Shown here piece by piece: positions 62,148-64,000 of a stretch of 64,000 nucleotides of DNA. A program made the position numbers and the translations under genes. Origin of the DNA: an uncultured Bacteroidales bacterium (GTDB lineage Bacteria > Bacteroidota > Bacteroidia > Bacteroidales > VadinHA17); contig CAVOKP010000006.1 in the NCBI GenBank assembly GCA_963696535.1, positions 30,812-94,811 of the forward strand, given 5' to 3'. How positions within the stretch are numbered: the stretch's first letter is position 1; each line of letters begins with the position of its first letter. Below the pieces are notes generated by a model, which saw only the letters and a list, made by a program, of their open reading frames with translations, was not told the origin of the DNA and ran no database searches.

Positions 62148-62574
62148 AGTGTAAACTGATATCGTTTCAGGTAAATTATTTGTCGTTCTGGGTATATTAT
62201 TTATTGTAATACAATATCTGTTATCACTAACGTCCGGTTTTTACTCCGAAGCCAACCGGAGCTAAGCGGTTATTGTACAAAACATAAATTCAGGAAGTCC
62301 ATTTGTAACCTGAATGCAGAATACCCTTGTTTTTCATTAATTAAACAAATTCTGTCCATAACCTGCTGTCTGCAATAAACAAATTGTACTTTCATTTGTT
62401 TAATTTAAAAGAGGTTCCATTGTTATTCGAATAACAATCCAAATAATTCTAAGTGTGATATTTACAACATATTGGGATTTTGAATGAATAATATATTTTC
62501 TTGTAGACTGATTTTTCATATTCGGGGAATATCCACTTCTTAAAGTTACAATTTTGTTTAATTCCGGTTGTAAA

Positions 62575-63924
62575 ATGAAGCACGATGTTATTATTATCGG
62601 AGGAGGAGTAAGCGGTACTGCATTACTGTACACTCTTTGCAAATACACAAACATAAGAAACATAGGTCTGATTGAGAAGTACTCTGATTTCGGGATGGTA
62701 AATTCATCTCCGACCATGAACAGTCAAACTCTTCATTTCGGTGATATTGAGACCAACTATACTCTTGAAAAAGCTAAAAAGGTAAAACGCGCCGCCGATA
62801 TGGTGATGAATTACCTTGAACACGAAAAGGCTGTCAGAGGTGATGAAGGTATTTTTATAAAAGTTCCAAAGATGGTTCTGGCTGTCGGCAGCGAGCAGGT
62901 AAAAACCCTGCGTGACCGATATCCTTCTTTTGGCCAGTTATTTCCAAAATTGAAAATGATTGGAAAAGGTGAGATAGGCAAAATCGAGCCAAGGATCCTG
63001 GAAGGACGTGACCCTGAACAGGAACTTCTTGCGCTGGTAACTGAAGACGGGTACACAGTCGATTTCAGAAAATTATCCCACTCATTCGCAGATAATGCAA
63101 AAACTCTTAATCCTGACATATCAATCTACATGACTACCAGGGTTAAGAAGATAATACGAGAAGACGGCAGTTTCATTATTAACACCGATAAGGGTGAATT
63201 TGAAGCCTCAGCTGTTGTTGTAGCCGCAGGCAGCCATAGCCTGATATTTGCCAAATCGCTTGGTTATGGTAAAAACTATTCTATTCTTTCTATGTCGGGA
63301 AGTTTCTATACAGGACCTAAAGTCCTGAACGGCAAGGTTTATACCATGCAGATACCTAAGCTTCCATTTGCTGCCGTACATGGCGATCCGGAAGTGCATA
63401 ATGAAAATATAACCCGGTTTGGCCCGACAGCAAAACCAATTTTCTTCCTTGAACGGTACAATTACTCAACATTCTGGGGATACTGGAAAACATTCGGAAT
63501 CGGCATAAAGCCTCTTTTAAGCATACTAAAGATATCTTCCGACAAGGCAATATTCAACTACCTTCTCAAAAATGTCGTTTATGATCTCCCGTGGATAGGA
63601 AAAAGATCATTTCTCAAAGAGATCAGGAAAATTGTTCCGAAAGTAAGCCTTAAGGAAATAAAATTTGCAAAAAAAGTTGGAGGAACAAGACCTCAGATCA
63701 TTAACAATGTCACAAAAAAGCTCGAACTTGGAGAGGCAAAGATAGTGGGTGAAAATATTATATTCAATATAACACCATCCCCGGGTGCATCGACATGCCT
63801 GGGAAATGCCTTTGAGGACGCTTCAAAACTGATGGAATTCCTTTCAAACAGATTTACTTTCGAAAAAGTTCAGTTTGAGAAGGATCTTGTCGAAAAGGAG
63901 ATTATTTTTACTGACCGCAAATGA
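62575..63924 (+). CDS. FAD-dependent oxidoreductase of the malate:quinone oxidoreductase family (tentative)
   Basis: The realistic start is MKHDVIIIGGGVSGTA at 62575. NSQTLHFGDIETNYT and SPGASTCLGNA resemble Mqo signatures. Confidence 0.6.
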   Translation: MKHDVIIIGGGVSGTALLYTLCKYTNIRNIGLIEKYSDFGMVNSSPTMNSQTLHFGDIETNYTLEKAKKVKRAADMVMNYLEHEKAVRGDEGIFIKVPKMVLAVGSEQVKTLRDRYPSFGQLFPKLKMIGKGEIGKIEPRILEGRDPEQELLALVTEDGYTVDFRKLSHSFADNAKTLNPDISIYMTTRVKKIIREDGSFIINTDKGEFEASAVVVAAGSHSLIFAKSLGYGKNYSILSMSGSFYTGPKVLNGKVYTMQIPKLPFAAVHGDPEVHNENITRFGPTAKPIFFLERYNYSTFWGYWKTFGIGIKPLLSILKISSDKAIFNYLLKNVVYDLPWIGKRSFLKEIRKIVPKVSLKEIKFAKKVGGTRPQIINNVTKKLELGEAKIVGENIIFNITPSPGASTCLGNAFEDASKLMEFLSNRFTFEKVQFEKDLVEKEIIFTDRK

Positions 63925-63936
63925 AAACTCTGTAAC

Positions 63937-64000
63937 ATGATTTTCAGTTTTGAACTTATAAAATCATACTATGAAAGGCTTCCTCACCTTATGGCTGAGA
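63937..64000 (+). CDS. 5' end of an unidentified ORF running off the window
   Basis: The ATG at 63937 gives MIFSFELIKSYYERLPHLMAE..., open to the window edge. Too short to name. Confidence 0.3.
   Translation, partial: MIFSFELIKSYYERLPHLMAE

Noticed and set aside
1-64000. Defence islands, toxin-antitoxin pairs, secondary-metabolite clusters, transposases
   Set aside because: I looked through every ORF of 60 aa or more and recognised none. The accessory-looking content is limited to repeats and the cytochrome island.

Overview
The window reads as a chromosomal fragment of a Bacteroidota genome. Supporting this are T9SS porQ next to cmk-ispH, TAnnTTTG -7 boxes, a fused ccsBA, and a TonB-receptor/DUF4249 pairing. 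The gene set suggests an anaerobic or microaerobic lifestyle: EtfAB with a membrane Fe-S oxidoreductase, a Na+-decarboxylase beta subunit, and a Crp/Fnr regulator. I can support about 50 protein genes, one tRNA-His, several intrinsic terminators and many intergenic hairpin or tandem repeats. I found no integrase, transposase, CRISPR-cas, restriction or toxin-antitoxin genes. The most system-like content is a ~10.4 kb cytochrome island (8355-18790). It holds five c-type cytochrome genes with 22 heme motifs by my count, a dihaem-type cytochrome b, an outer-membrane beta-barrel, the maturase ccsBA and a Crp/Fnr regulator. Two near-identical TTGAT-N4-ATCAC boxes sit in front of its two operons. 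I read it as a candidate trans-envelope electron conduit, which is inference only. Two caveats apply across the window. First, at least 8 single-base frameshifts disrupt otherwise conserved genes (lon, a Wzx-like flippase, ccsBA, a multiheme lipoprotein, DUF2231), and 7 of them lie in the first 13 kb. There is also one in-frame TAG and one gene with no canonical start. Several frameshifts sit at homopolymers, so assembly error is as likely as real decay. Second, nearly every intergenic gap carries short structured repeats from several families, which produce many spurious ORFs in the track. All functional calls come from motif recognition by eye; no searches were run.
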